Shown in pieces: positions 28,614-38,543 of a stretch of 64,000 nucleotides of DNA. The position numbers and the translations under genes were made by a program. The notes below the pieces were generated by a model. The model searched no databases and was not told the origin of the DNA. It was given only the letters and a program-made list of their open reading frames with translations. The stretch is from Acidobacteriota bacterium. Its GTDB lineage: Bacteria > Acidobacteriota > UBA6911 > RPQK01 > JAJDTT01. The stretch spans positions 3,328,001 to 3,392,000 of the forward strand of contig OZ253580.1 in assembly GCA_965263035.1 (NCBI GenBank), written 5' to 3'. Numbering within the stretch: position 1 is the stretch's first letter; each line of letters starts with the position of its first letter.

Positions 28614-29740
28614 AGATCGTGGAAAGAGGCATCCTGGCCGAGAGCGAGCCCGGCACCGACCGCGCCGTGACCACCTTTCCGGCGCTTGCCGTCCTCGCGG
28701 GCGGCGGCCTCCTGGCCACCTGCCGCGCCGGGTCCAGCAAGGATGGCGCCGACGAGTGTCCCGAGCTCTTTCGTTGGGACGGGGAGGCGCGGCGTTGGAG
28801 CGCTCCGAGCCGCCCCTGGACGGCCCCCACCGTGGACGGAGTGCGGGGATCGCTCAAGATCTGCTACCTCACCGAGACGGCGCCGGGACGTCTTCTGGCC
28901 GCCGGGATGTGGGTGGACCGCCAGACCTACCCGGGCGGTGGGCTGTTCAACCCGGAGACCGAAGGCTGCCTCCCCATGGCGGTGATCCTGGCCGAGTCCG
29001 ACGACCAGGGGAGGACGTGGTCGCCATGGCGGGTCGTTCCCATGCCGGAAGAAATCGGTCCGCCCAGCCTGACCAGTCCCGTCTTTCGCCTCGCCGATGG
29101 AAGGCTCGGGATGAGCATCGAGAGCAACAAACACTACGACGACGGGTCCAAGTGGTACCAGAAGGTGGTCCTCTTCCACACCCGGGACGGAGGTCTGACG
29201 TGGGGAGATCCGGTCGTGGCCGGTGAAGACCCGAGCGGACGCATCTTCAACTGGGACCAGCGCGTCGGGGTCGCGCCCGACGGCCGGATCGCGGCTTTCC
29301 TCTGGACCTACGACAGTGAGGCTAACAAGTATCTGAACGTCCACCGGCGCCTGAGCGCCGACGGCGGCCTCACCTGGTCCCGCGCTCAGGATCTGGGTTT
29401 CGCGGACCAGGCCGCCCATCCGGCCATCCTCCCCGACGGCAGAGTCGCGCTGGCTTGGGTGGACCGGTACGGGACCCACTCCATCCGGGCTCGGCTGGCC
29501 CGGAGCGTGGACGCGGATTTCGATTCGGCCAGCGAGGTGATTCTCTACACCCACGGCCCTTCAGGGTCGCAGGACTCGCCGGAGGATGAGACCGGAGAGC
29601 TGCTCTCGGAGATGTCCCTCTGGAGCTTCGGGTTGCCGTTCGCCGAAATCCTTCCCGACGGGAGTGTGATGGTGGTCTACTACGCTGGCGACGCCGACTC
29701 CATGAGCTGCTACTGGGCCCGCCTGGATCCGGATGCCTGA
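28610..29740 (+). CDS. BNR/sialidase-family protein (no signal peptide)
   Basis: TFP, SDDQGRTW, TRDGGLTW, SADGGLTW. Confidence 0.75.
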   Translation: MKIVERGILAESEPGTDRAVTTFPALAVLAGGGLLATCRAGSSKDGADECPELFRWDGEARRWSAPSRPWTAPTVDGVRGSLKICYLTETAPGRLLAAGMWVDRQTYPGGGLFNPETEGCLPMAVILAESDDQGRTWSPWRVVPMPEEIGPPSLTSPVFRLADGRLGMSIESNKHYDDGSKWYQKVVLFHTRDGGLTWGDPVVAGEDPSGRIFNWDQRVGVAPDGRIAAFLWTYDSEANKYLNVHRRLSADGGLTWSRAQDLGFADQAAHPAILPDGRVALAWVDRYGTHSIRARLARSVDADFDSASEVILYTHGPSGSQDSPEDETGELLSEMSLWSFGLPFAEILPDGSVMVVYYAGDADSMSCYWARLDPDA

Positions 29741-31436
29741 CGCCGGCGGGGAAACGCCGGAAATCCACATCGAGATGGATGTCGAGGTCCCGGTCCGGGA
29801 CGGCCTCGTCCTCCGCGCCAACGTCTTTCGGCCCGAGGGCCCCTCTCCCTGTCCCGGCCTGCTGATGCGGACCCCTTACGGGAAGCCGGACAGCGGGTTC
29901 GAACCGTTCGTGCGGGCCGGCTACGCGGTGGTCGCCCAGGACAGCCGCGGCCGCTATGCCTCCGGAGGGGAGTACGTCCCGTTCACGGTGGAGCGGACTC
30001 AGGATGGGGAGGACGGGTACGACAGCGTGGAGTGGCTGGCCCTGCAGCCTTGGTGCAACGGCAAGGTGGGCACCTTCGGAGTCTCGTACAACGGCTGGAT
30101 GCAGTGGTCCCTGGCCCGTCTCCGGCCGCCTCACCTGGTGGCCATGTGCGCCAATTCCATCCCCCTGGAGATCACCGACCTGGACTGGTGGGGCTCCTTC
30201 CGTCCGGGCCGCCGGGTCAAATGGTGGATGACCAACATCGCCCCGGACCTGCGCCGCCGCCATGGGTTGCCTCCGCCCCACACACCGGAGCAGGCCGAGG
30301 AGATTTGGGACGGTCAGGAGCAGATGCGCTGGATCTGGTTCCTCCCCTGGATGGATCTTCCCAGGTACCTTCCACCGGGGCTTCGGAAATATGCTCGGGA
30401 CTGGTTCCAAGACCCGGCCCGCCGCTGCTGGCGATTCGACCGGGTCCACCACGAGGTGGAGGTCCCCAACCTGGACTTCAGCGGCTGGTACGATCACTGC
30501 AACGGTTCCATGGGACACTTGCAACTGATGCAGAAGCACGCCCGTACTGCGGAGGCGCGCGAACAGACCCGGCTCATCATCGGACCCTGGAATCATAAGC
30601 ACCTGGGGGAGCGCGCCCTCGGCTCCATCGACTACGGACCCGGGGCCCAGGTCGACCTGAGCCAGGTGATGATTCGCTGGTTCGACCATTGGCTCAAGGG
30701 AACCGGAGACGGACTGCGGCGGGAGGCGCCGGTGCGGTACTTCGTCATGGGATCGCAGGTTTGGAAAGGGGCCCAGACTTGGCCTCCACAGGATGGCATC
30801 GGCCAGTGCAAGTTCTATCTGGACAGCGACGGCGACGCCCATCGTCCGGACGGCTCAGGCAGTCTGCTGGCGTCGGCTCCATCGCGGTCCGGTGGAGATG
30901 CTTACGACTACGATCCCCAGGATCCGGTCCCGACGCTCTGGAGCCCGGAGATGTTCACCCAATCCTCCGATCGCTCCGCCCTCTCCCATCGCCGGGACAT
31001 CCTGAACTACCGGACCGGTCCCCTGGAGCAGGAGGTGGAGGTGGTCGGCTACCCCGAGGCCGTCCTCTTCGCCTCGACCTCGGCCCGGGACACGGACTTC
31101 TTCGCCCGGCTCGTGGACGAACATCCCGACGGCCGGGCCTTGGACGTCGGTTACGGCATGGTCCGCGCCCGGCACCGGATCTCCATGGATCGGGAGGACT
31201 TGGCGACTCCGGGTGAGATCGTCGAGTACCCCATCAGGCTGGGACCGACCGCCTGCCGGTTTCTCAAAGGACATCGAATCCGGGTGGAGATCACCAGCAG
31301 CGACTTCCCGAACCACGATCGCAACCACAATACCGGAGGGAACGATCTGGCCGAGACCGAGCTGGTGACGGCCCGTCAGGTGATCCACCACTCCCGGAGA
31401 AACCCTTCCCGGATCGTGCTTCCAGTAGCACGTTGA
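29733..31436 (+). CDS. CocE/NonD family hydrolase
   Basis: RTPY, QDSRGRYASGG, GVSYNG nucleophile, GWYD, GPWNH, SSDFP. Confidence 0.9.
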   Translation: MPDAGGETPEIHIEMDVEVPVRDGLVLRANVFRPEGPSPCPGLLMRTPYGKPDSGFEPFVRAGYAVVAQDSRGRYASGGEYVPFTVERTQDGEDGYDSVEWLALQPWCNGKVGTFGVSYNGWMQWSLARLRPPHLVAMCANSIPLEITDLDWWGSFRPGRRVKWWMTNIAPDLRRRHGLPPPHTPEQAEEIWDGQEQMRWIWFLPWMDLPRYLPPGLRKYARDWFQDPARRCWRFDRVHHEVEVPNLDFSGWYDHCNGSMGHLQLMQKHARTAEAREQTRLIIGPWNHKHLGERALGSIDYGPGAQVDLSQVMIRWFDHWLKGTGDGLRREAPVRYFVMGSQVWKGAQTWPPQDGIGQCKFYLDSDGDAHRPDGSGSLLASAPSRSGGDAYDYDPQDPVPTLWSPEMFTQSSDRSALSHRRDILNYRTGPLEQEVEVVGYPEAVLFASTSARDTDFFARLVDEHPDGRALDVGYGMVRARHRISMDREDLATPGEIVEYPIRLGPTACRFLKGHRIRVEITSSDFPNHDRNHNTGGNDLAETELVTARQVIHHSRRNPSRIVLPVAR

Positions 31437-31463
31437 CCGAAAAGTTTTCCCGCCAACGCGGCT

Positions 31464-31517
31464 GATTTGCTATTAATAGCGAAAATCGACGCCAGTTTTG
31501 CTATCAATAGCAAAACT
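31464..31517. repeat. Two adjacent AT-rich palindromes
   Basis: GATTTGCTATTAATAGCGAAAATC and AGTTTTGCTATCAATAGCAAAACT. Confidence 0.6.
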
Positions 31518-31770
31518 TTCCTAGGAGGGGACTTCCCACCCTTTGTCAAGGGGGAATCGACCCCCAGCGGGAGGCCCCGCTCTGGTCGCTACGCTCCCTT
31601 CACCGGGCCTCCCGCTGGGGGTCGCCTTTTCGCTGGCCATAGACCTCCTGGACCCTTCTCGGCCCGGAGCCCATTTGGTACCGGATGGACGCCCCGTGGG
31701 CCTCACCCTCGAGCTCCTGCAGCGGCCGCACACGGGCGAAGCCTGGAGTGGACCTCGGCCCGGATCGGGA

Positions 31771-33018
31771 TCAAGCGGCACGGCGCTGTCTCGCATGATT
31801 CGGATCGAACAGGGTCTGGTCTCGCAACATGGCGCAGGCCACCGCCAGCAGACGGTCCGCAACGGATCGCAGGGCCCGGGCATGGCCGTGACCCCGCTCG
31901 CGCAGGGCATCGTACTTGGCCCGGCTGATCGGGTCGTGTTGCACGGCCACGCGGGCCCAGTGGTAGGTCGCCTCGCGCAGCCGAGGATGAACGGCTTGGC
32001 GGCGAACGACAAGGGTGTGTTTGCCGGAGCGCCGGGTCACGGGGGCGACCCCGCACAGACAACGCAAGGCGGCGTAATCTCTGCGGCGCAACGGATCGGA
32101 GGCTTCCGAGAGCAGGGTGGCGAGGACGATTCGGCCGACCCCGGGCAGGGAGGCGAGGATCGCCACATCCCGCCTCGGTCCTGGGGACCCCGGCGCCGAC
32201 TCGCACCGCTGGTCCCAAGCCCGGATCAGACGCTCGACCTGACGACCGGTGTCCTTGAGCTGGCTCTGCACCAGGGCGAGGCGCTCCGCGAGGCTGGCGA
32301 CGTGAGCCACCGCCACCTCGGTGGTGCCGGCGGCGACGGGGAAGGCCGGAACCCGCAAGCGACGCAGGACTTCGCGGGCGTCGATTCGCCGGATCCGATG
32401 GTCTTTCAACACCTTGGCGACCCGGCTCGGGCGCAGCTTCTGGGCGTCGTCCGGCGTCGGGGCCAGCTTCCACACTTGCAGCACCCAGGGCTCGGCGAGA
32501 TTCTCGCTGAGGTCCAGGAACTGCGGATAGTAGCGCCAGAGTTGATCGCGGAGGCGGTTGAGAAGCCGGGTCCGCTCGCGGGTCAACTGCTCACCCAGTC
32601 GTGAGGACTCGCGCAGCTGGATCACCTCAGAAGCGACGGGTTTGAGACGGCGCAAGCGATGGCCGTCGGTTCTCAGCGCGTCGGCCAGCACCCGGGCATC
32701 GCGGCGGTCATCCTTGGCTCCGGCCGGCGAGAAGCGGTCGCGGAATCGATCCAGCTGCGTCGGATTGATGGCATAGACGGCAAAACGCCGCTCCATCAGG
32801 AAATCCACCACCGGACCGTGGTTCACTTCAATCGCCACCGAGACGGCCTGTGCACTCGTTCCCGTCTGCTGCAGAATCCAGTCGGCCATCTGGGCCAGGC
32901 CCGAACCGCTGTGCGGGAAGCTCCGCTGTCCCCGACAGGTGCCTTGCGCGTCCAGCACGCAGACTTGGTGCGCCTGGGACGCCCAATCGACTCCCACAAA
33001 CCATTGACTCTGTTTCAT
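31771..33018 (-). CDS. IS110 DEDD recombinase/transposase
   Basis: FVGVDWAS, AIE, AKDDRRDA (DEDD), LPGVG, GVAPVTRRSGK (Tnp serine); GGAGG RBS. Confidence 0.95.
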   Translation of the reverse strand: MKQSQWFVGVDWASQAHQVCVLDAQGTCRGQRSFPHSGSGLAQMADWILQQTGTSAQAVSVAIEVNHGPVVDFLMERRFAVYAINPTQLDRFRDRFSPAGAKDDRRDARVLADALRTDGHRLRRLKPVASEVIQLRESSRLGEQLTRERTRLLNRLRDQLWRYYPQFLDLSENLAEPWVLQVWKLAPTPDDAQKLRPSRVAKVLKDHRIRRIDAREVLRRLRVPAFPVAAGTTEVAVAHVASLAERLALVQSQLKDTGRQVERLIRAWDQRCESAPGSPGPRRDVAILASLPGVGRIVLATLLSEASDPLRRRDYAALRCLCGVAPVTRRSGKHTLVVRRQAVHPRLREATYHWARVAVQHDPISRAKYDALRERGHGHARALRSVADRLLAVACAMLRDQTLFDPNHARQRRAA

Positions 33019-33053
33019 CCCGACCCTCCCAGTGTTTAAATGGACGTCGGGCC

Positions 33054-33250
33054 GCCGCGATTCGGATCGGTTCCTGTACTGGTGCTCAGAGGCGCCAACT
33101 TCCCACCGGGTCTCCATCGCGGCTACCGGCCGGGGCACGAATCCCCTCCAGGTGCTCCGAGGGCACAGGGACATTAGGGTCGCTCCCGGCCAGGTGGCCC
33201 TCTTCACCCACCGTGGGTGAAGTCCCTTAAAGGGTGCTCGTGAAGGGTAC
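33054..33250 (-). ncRNA. Predicted IS110 bridge RNA in the left non-coding end
   Basis: Two stem-closed internal loops; their guide segments match the element's target and donor junction sequences (see findings). Confidence 0.75.
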
Positions 33251-33293
33251 AGGGACATTTTTGTCCCCCATTCTTTCTTGCCCAAACGTCAAT

Positions 33294-33324
33294 GGGAGTT
33301 CGGCGGTTAGAAATCGCCGCTCCC
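33294..33324 (-). repeat. GGAG-type REP copy
   Basis: GGGAGCGGCGATTTCTAACCGCCGAACTCCC on the minus strand. Confidence 0.6.
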
Positions 33325-33404
33325 AACTCGAAGGGCTCGGGGCAGACGTCTGGAACGGTACTTGGCGTTTCCGATAGACTACCCGCTGAACCCAGGCGCC
33401 TCCC

Positions 33405-34229
33405 ATGCCGGCTCCGAAACTCGAATTCAGGAAAGTGACCGGTCATTGCGGCGCCGAAGTGCACGGCATCGACCTTGCCCGGCCGCTCGGCGCGGAGGTG
33501 GTGGACGTTCTCTCCAACGCACTGGCCGAACACTGCGTCCTCTTCTTCCACGAACAGTCCATGACTCCGGCCCAGCAGAAGGCGCTGGGCCGCCATTTCG
33601 GTGAATTGCACATTCATCCGGCGTGGCCCCGGTTGGTCGACGGCCATCCGGAAGTCATGGAAATCTACGCCGACGAGAACACCCGCCGGATCGCCGGGGA
33701 AGACTGGCATTCGGATGTCTCCTGCGACCGGGAGCCGCCGCTGGGGACGATCCTGCAGATGCTGGAGGTGCCGCCGGTAGGGGGCGATACCCTGTTCGCC
33801 AACATGTACGCGGCCTACGAGTCACTGTCGACGCCGATGCGGCGTTTGCTGGACGGAATGACCGCGATCCACGATGGAGAGTATGTCTACCGGGGCCGTT
33901 ACGATGGCGCCGACGATGAGGGGAAGACCTTCCCCAGATCGGAGCATCCCGTCGGCCGGACCCATCCGGTGAGCGGACGCAAGGCGCTCTTCGTCAACCG
34001 CCTCTTCACGACCCGTATCGTTCAGCTCTCGAAGCGGGAGAGCGACGCGGTCCTCGGTTTTTTGGTGGAGCACGCCGCGAGCCCCATGTTCCAGTGCCGG
34101 TTCCGCTGGCGTCCCGGATCGGTGGCGTTCTGGGACAACCGCTGCGCCCAGCACTACGCCCTGTGGGACTATTATCCGAACCGGCGCCGCGGGTTGCGCG
34201 TCACCATCAAGGGCGATCGGCCGCGTTAA
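33405..34229 (+). CDS. TauD/TfdA 2-oxoglutarate-dependent dioxygenase
   Basis: WHSD, GGDTLFA, HP..RTHP.SGRKALFVN, WDNR..QH. Confidence 0.92.
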   Translation: MPAPKLEFRKVTGHCGAEVHGIDLARPLGAEVVDVLSNALAEHCVLFFHEQSMTPAQQKALGRHFGELHIHPAWPRLVDGHPEVMEIYADENTRRIAGEDWHSDVSCDREPPLGTILQMLEVPPVGGDTLFANMYAAYESLSTPMRRLLDGMTAIHDGEYVYRGRYDGADDEGKTFPRSEHPVGRTHPVSGRKALFVNRLFTTRIVQLSKRESDAVLGFLVEHAASPMFQCRFRWRPGSVAFWDNRCAQHYALWDYYPNRRRGLRVTIKGDRPR

Positions 34230-34235
34230 GGCGGT

Positions 34236-35876
34236 TCAATACTTGATCCGGAGTTGCACGCCGCAGAGAGTTGCCCCGTCGCGACCCACGTTTGCGTCTT
34301 CCGGGAGCGAGACCTCCAGCGTGTTCTCTCCGGTCCTCAGGGGCGGAGCGCTCAGCGCATAGGCGACCGGGTACTTGCACTCGCCATCATGCGGACTCTC
34401 CACTGACCCTTTCTCCAAAGACACGCCGTTGAGACGCAGCCGTAGTGGATCGTCTGCCGTGGGTCTTTGCAGCCTCAACTCCAGTCGGATCTCGGCCGGC
34501 GCCCCCGCCGGGGCGTTCGGGGCCAACTCATCGGCCACGGCCAGCGTGAACTCATGGGAGGTGCCTCTCTGGACCAAGCGCGGCAGAGGCGTCGGACTGG
34601 ACACGAACGCGTAGTGTTCGAAGGCCTGGGCGTCGAGGCCGTAGAGCTTTGTCTTTCCCGCCAGTGTCTCCGGCTCGCCGATCTCGTCGAGAGCCGCGTG
34701 CCGTTGATCCTTCACCTCTTGGGGACCGAACATGTTCCAGAGGTAGCTTCCGTCGGCTCCGGCTCGGCGCCAATTGGCCGCCAACGCCCTCATCTGTTCC
34801 ACTATGGAGCCCCTCAACCGGGTTCCCGTGTTGAAGCAGGGATAGACCAGCACGCCGTGCTTCTGAGCCGCCCGGGCGAATTCGGCCACGTCCAGCGAAT
34901 TCGGAGCGTACCCCCCGCCTGCGATCAGGATGTCCACCAATCCCTCCCGCGCCCACTGCTCCAGGTCCAGCCCGATTCCCCTGGAAAGATGGAAGCTGTC
35001 CGGGACCCGAGCGGCCAGAAGCAGGGGACGCCCGCGGCGAGTGGCGATCTCATCCATTGAGCGGCGAATGCGGCGCAGGAAGCCGGTCATGACGGCAACC
35101 TCTCCGTCGCCGACCGGCACTCCCCGCATCGATGAGCTGAAGTACACGGGCTGGCGGATGAAGTCCAGCTCGATTCCGTCGATGTCGTATCGTTGGCACA
35201 CCTCTTCGATGATCTCGAGCTTGCGCCGACGAACCTCCTGGTGGACGAAGTCCTGGGCCGTGACGTACAACTTCCGCTCGGGCAACATCCCGGTCCGGTC
35301 CACCAGGAACTGGGGGTGGTTCCTCTTCCAGTGGGTGATCCAGCGGTACCACATGCTGTCGTGCACGTCGTTCATGCGCAACGACGCGAATGCCTCCATC
35401 CCGTTAGCGTGGCAGAAGTCCACCACTACTTGCAGGGGACAGTGTCCGGCCTCGATCAGCGATTTGAGATTCGAGATCATGGGACCCATACGCGGGGCCG
35501 GATGGGCGTGGGCGGGGCCGAAGACCGGCTGGACGCTGCTGTCGTAGTTGGGCGCGTCCCCCTTGGTGATGGACCAGGCGACGGTATCGACCTGGGTGCC
35601 GGCCAGCCGTTTCAAACGAATTCCCAGGAACCCCTCCGGCGTGCTCGAATCCGCGTCGTGCAGGTCGCCGCCATCGTCATTGAAGATGATGCGCCGTGGC
35701 TTGGCGGCGGCCTCTTTGCGTGCTCGAACGACCTCCACCGCTACTACGGTACCCGCTGGGTCGGAGCTGTCGGCGGGCGCCTCAGGAGCCGGGGACTGGG
35801 TAGTGCAGGCCAGCGGCAACAGGACCAGAAGAAGACAACAGCCGGTCGAACGCGTGTACATAAGTGGCAACCTCAA
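34236..35876 (-). CDS. GHL10-like TIM-barrel glycoside hydrolase lipoprotein
   Basis: Lipobox LAC; IIFNDDG, SLRMNDVHD, YDIDGIELDF.R. Confidence 0.65.
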   Translation of the reverse strand: MRLPLMYTRSTGCCLLLVLLPLACTTQSPAPEAPADSSDPAGTVVAVEVVRARKEAAAKPRRIIFNDDGGDLHDADSSTPEGFLGIRLKRLAGTQVDTVAWSITKGDAPNYDSSVQPVFGPAHAHPAPRMGPMISNLKSLIEAGHCPLQVVVDFCHANGMEAFASLRMNDVHDSMWYRWITHWKRNHPQFLVDRTGMLPERKLYVTAQDFVHQEVRRRKLEIIEEVCQRYDIDGIELDFIRQPVYFSSSMRGVPVGDGEVAVMTGFLRRIRRSMDEIATRRGRPLLLAARVPDSFHLSRGIGLDLEQWAREGLVDILIAGGGYAPNSLDVAEFARAAQKHGVLVYPCFNTGTRLRGSIVEQMRALAANWRRAGADGSYLWNMFGPQEVKDQRHAALDEIGEPETLAGKTKLYGLDAQAFEHYAFVSSPTPLPRLVQRGTSHEFTLAVADELAPNAPAGAPAEIRLELRLQRPTADDPLRLRLNGVSLEKGSVESPHDGECKYPVAYALSAPPLRTGENTLEVSLPEDANVGRDGATLCGVQLRIKY

Positions 35877-35942
35877 AGGATATCGGGGGAAACGGGAGGC
35901 CTGCCGGCGCGGGTTCCCGGGTGCCCACTGGTTCCCGAGCCG

Positions 35943-37223
35943 TCAGGGCAGATTCTCCAACCGCCAGAACCGGCCCCGGAGGATCTTGTCCCGCTTGTAG
36001 GCGCCGAAGGTCAGGAACCGGTTCTTGGAGACTTCGATGGTCGCCGGCACCGAGGCGCTGTAGTGGTCCACCTTGCCCACGTCCCGGAACGCCGGAAACA
36101 CCGCGAACTTCTTGGCCTTCGCCGGTAACTTGGTGCCCTCTTCGGTGCCGTCGAGCCAGGTCTTCCCTCCGTTCAGACTGATTCGGAGCACGTGGTCGCC
36201 CTTAGAATCATCAGGTTGTCCCGGGTCCTGACCCGCGTGGCTGGCCAGGACCAGCCAGTCGTCCTTGGTCCAGACCATGGACCAGCGGTAGCTGGCAAAT
36301 CCGAACAAGCCGCCGGGCACTTCCCGGAAGGATCGGCCGCCGTCGGTCGATTCCAGCAGGATGCCGTTCTTGTAGGCCCAGTCGGGCATGTAGTTGGGCG
36401 GCGTCATGTCCATGGCGCTCAGCTTCCGGATCGTCTGAAGATCCTCCCCCGGCAGGGCTTTCCTCTGGATTCGGGTGGCCGCGAAGATGTGGTCCGGGTC
36501 GTTGGGATCCACGGCGTAGGCGGTCTCGGTGGCGTGCTGGTGGACGATGGTGGGATCTCCCCAGGTCTGTCCCCCGTCCCGGGCGCGAACCATCACGTCG
36601 CGGATGCCGGGCCGGGATTGATCCTCCTGATGCCAGTCCGCCCAGTCGTCGTAGCGCATGCTGAGGGAAAAGAAGATGGTCCCGTCGGGCCGCTCCACGA
36701 AGTTGGGGTGGCACCAGGCGGTCTCCATCATCGTATAGGGGTCCGTCTCGGGGTCGGGAGCGAAGCGGCCGTAGTCGATCTCCCGGGTCTCCCAGGTCCG
36801 GCCGCCGTCCGTGGATTTCGAGAAAAAGACCCTCCGGTCTTTGTATTCCATGGACTTGCCGTCGACAGTGTGGGTCGGGGGGGCCTGATGGAGCAGCCAG
36901 AGACTGCCGTCCCGGGCGACATGAAAGCCTGCCGTATGCTGGCCGGGAGGGGCCTGGGGGAGTTCGACCGGAATCGTCTCCCAGGTGCGGCCCTGATCCT
37001 TGCTTCGGAAGAGGCCCGGCTTGGGTTCACCGGTATTGAGCCAGATGGCTCCGTCCGGTCCGCGAACCACGTTATAGGCATCCAGGTCGGCGCTCGCCGG
37101 CGCGAGGATCACCTCGTCTTCGATGAAGAGCTGGACGTCCGCCAGGCTTCCTCCGGCCCACACGGGCACGGCGGCCAAACTGAAGACGAACAATGCGATC
37201 ATTGAGTTGATTTGTTTCGGCAT
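35943..37223 (-). CDS. BNR/sialidase-like protein, tandem paralog A (Sec/SPI signal)
   Basis: Asp-box repeats; near-identical to paralog B. Confidence 0.8.
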   Translation of the reverse strand: MPKQINSMIALFVFSLAAVPVWAGGSLADVQLFIEDEVILAPASADLDAYNVVRGPDGAIWLNTGEPKPGLFRSKDQGRTWETIPVELPQAPPGQHTAGFHVARDGSLWLLHQAPPTHTVDGKSMEYKDRRVFFSKSTDGGRTWETREIDYGRFAPDPETDPYTMMETAWCHPNFVERPDGTIFFSLSMRYDDWADWHQEDQSRPGIRDVMVRARDGGQTWGDPTIVHQHATETAYAVDPNDPDHIFAATRIQRKALPGEDLQTIRKLSAMDMTPPNYMPDWAYKNGILLESTDGGRSFREVPGGLFGFASYRWSMVWTKDDWLVLASHAGQDPGQPDDSKGDHVLRISLNGGKTWLDGTEEGTKLPAKAKKFAVFPAFRDVGKVDHYSASVPATIEVSKNRFLTFGAYKRDKILRGRFWRLENLP

Positions 37224-37236
37224 GAGTTGTCCTCCG

Positions 37237-38514
37237 TCAGGGCAGGTTCTCCAAGCGCCAGAACCGGCCTCGCAGGATCTTGTCCCGCTTGTAGGCGCCG
37301 AAGGTCAGGAACCGGTTCTTGGAGACTTCGACGGTCGCCGGCACCGAGGCGCTGTAGTGGTCCACCTTGCCCAGGTTCCGGAACGCCGGAAACACCGCGA
37401 ACTTCTTGGCCTTCGCTGGTGAGGAGGTGCCCTCTTCGGTGCCGTCGAGCCAGGTCTTCCCTCCGTTCAGACTAATTCGCAGCACGTGGTCGCCATAATT
37501 CTCTCGTTGTCCCGGGTCCTGACCCGCGTGGCTGGCCAGGACCAGCCAGTCATCCTTGGTCCAGACCATGGACCAGCGGTAGCTGGCAAATCCGAACAAG
37601 CCGCCGGGCACTTCCCGGAAGGATCGGCCGCCGTCGGTCGATTCCAGCAGGATGCCGTTCTTGTAGGCCCCGTCGGGCATGTAGTTGGGCGGCGTCATGT
37701 CCATGGCGGTCAGCTTCCGGATCGCCTGAAGGTCCTCGCCCGGCAGGGCTCTCCTCTGGATTCGGGTGGCCGCGAAGATGTGATCCGGGTCGTTGGGATC
37801 CACGGCGTAGGCGGTCTCGGTGGCGTGCTGGTGGACGATGGTGGGATCTCCCCAGGTCTGTCCCCCGTCCCGGGTGCGAACCATCACGTCGCGGATGCCG
37901 GGCCGGAATTGATCCTCCTGATGCCAGTCCGCCCAGTCGTCGTAGCGCATGCTGAGGGAGAAGAAGACGGTTCCATCCGGCCGTTCTACGAAGTTGGGGT
38001 GGCACCAGGCGGTCTCCATCATCGTATAGGGGTCCGCCTCGGGGTCGGGAGCGAAGCGGCCGTAGTCGATCTCCCGGGTCTCCCAGGTCCGGCCGCCGTC
38101 CGTGGATTTCGAGAAAAAGACCCTCCGGTCTTTGTATTCCATGGACTTGCCGTCGACAGTGTGGGTCGGGGGGGCCTGATGGAGCAACCAGAGACTGCCG
38201 TCCCGGGCGACATGAAAGCCTGCCAGATGCTGGCCGGGAGGGGCCTGGGGGAGTTCGACCGGAATCGTCTCCCAGGTGCGGCCCTGATCCTTGCTTCGGA
38301 AGAGGCCCGGCTTGGGTTCACCGGTATTGAGCCAGATGGCTCCGTCCGGTCCGCGAACGACGTTATAGGCATCCAGGTCGGCGCTCGCCGGCGCGAGGAT
38401 CACCTCGTCTTCGATGAAAAGCTGGACGTCCGCCAGGCTTCCTCCCTCCGGAGCAGCGCAGCCCGTCAGGGCGAAGGCCAAGATCATGCTCTTGGGGTCG
38501 AGTCGTCTTGTCAT
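37237..38514 (-). CDS. BNR/sialidase-like lipoprotein, tandem paralog B
   Basis: Start MTRRLDP; lipobox LTGC; Asp-box repeats. Confidence 0.8.
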   Translation of the reverse strand: MTRRLDPKSMILAFALTGCAAPEGGSLADVQLFIEDEVILAPASADLDAYNVVRGPDGAIWLNTGEPKPGLFRSKDQGRTWETIPVELPQAPPGQHLAGFHVARDGSLWLLHQAPPTHTVDGKSMEYKDRRVFFSKSTDGGRTWETREIDYGRFAPDPEADPYTMMETAWCHPNFVERPDGTVFFSLSMRYDDWADWHQEDQFRPGIRDVMVRTRDGGQTWGDPTIVHQHATETAYAVDPNDPDHIFAATRIQRRALPGEDLQAIRKLTAMDMTPPNYMPDGAYKNGILLESTDGGRSFREVPGGLFGFASYRWSMVWTKDDWLVLASHAGQDPGQRENYGDHVLRISLNGGKTWLDGTEEGTSSPAKAKKFAVFPAFRNLGKVDHYSASVPATVEVSKNRFLTFGAYKRDKILRGRFWRLENLP

Positions 38515-38543
38515 GAGCTGTCTTCCCCTGTTTCGTCTGAAGA

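Larger units (their letters stand above)
31528..33256 (-). mobile_element. IS110-family insertion sequence (~1.73 kb) inserted in a REP-like palindrome
   Basis: GTCCC at both junctions (31528-31532, 33252-33256); no terminal inverted repeats; TTGACA near the right end; removal restores GGGGACAAAAATGTCCCCTCC. Confidence 0.85.

Noticed and set aside
33019-33285. N-terminal extension of the IS110 ORF (504-aa call)
   Set aside because: It runs through the predicted bridge RNA and past the element end; the DEDD domain starts right after ATG 33018, which has an RBS.
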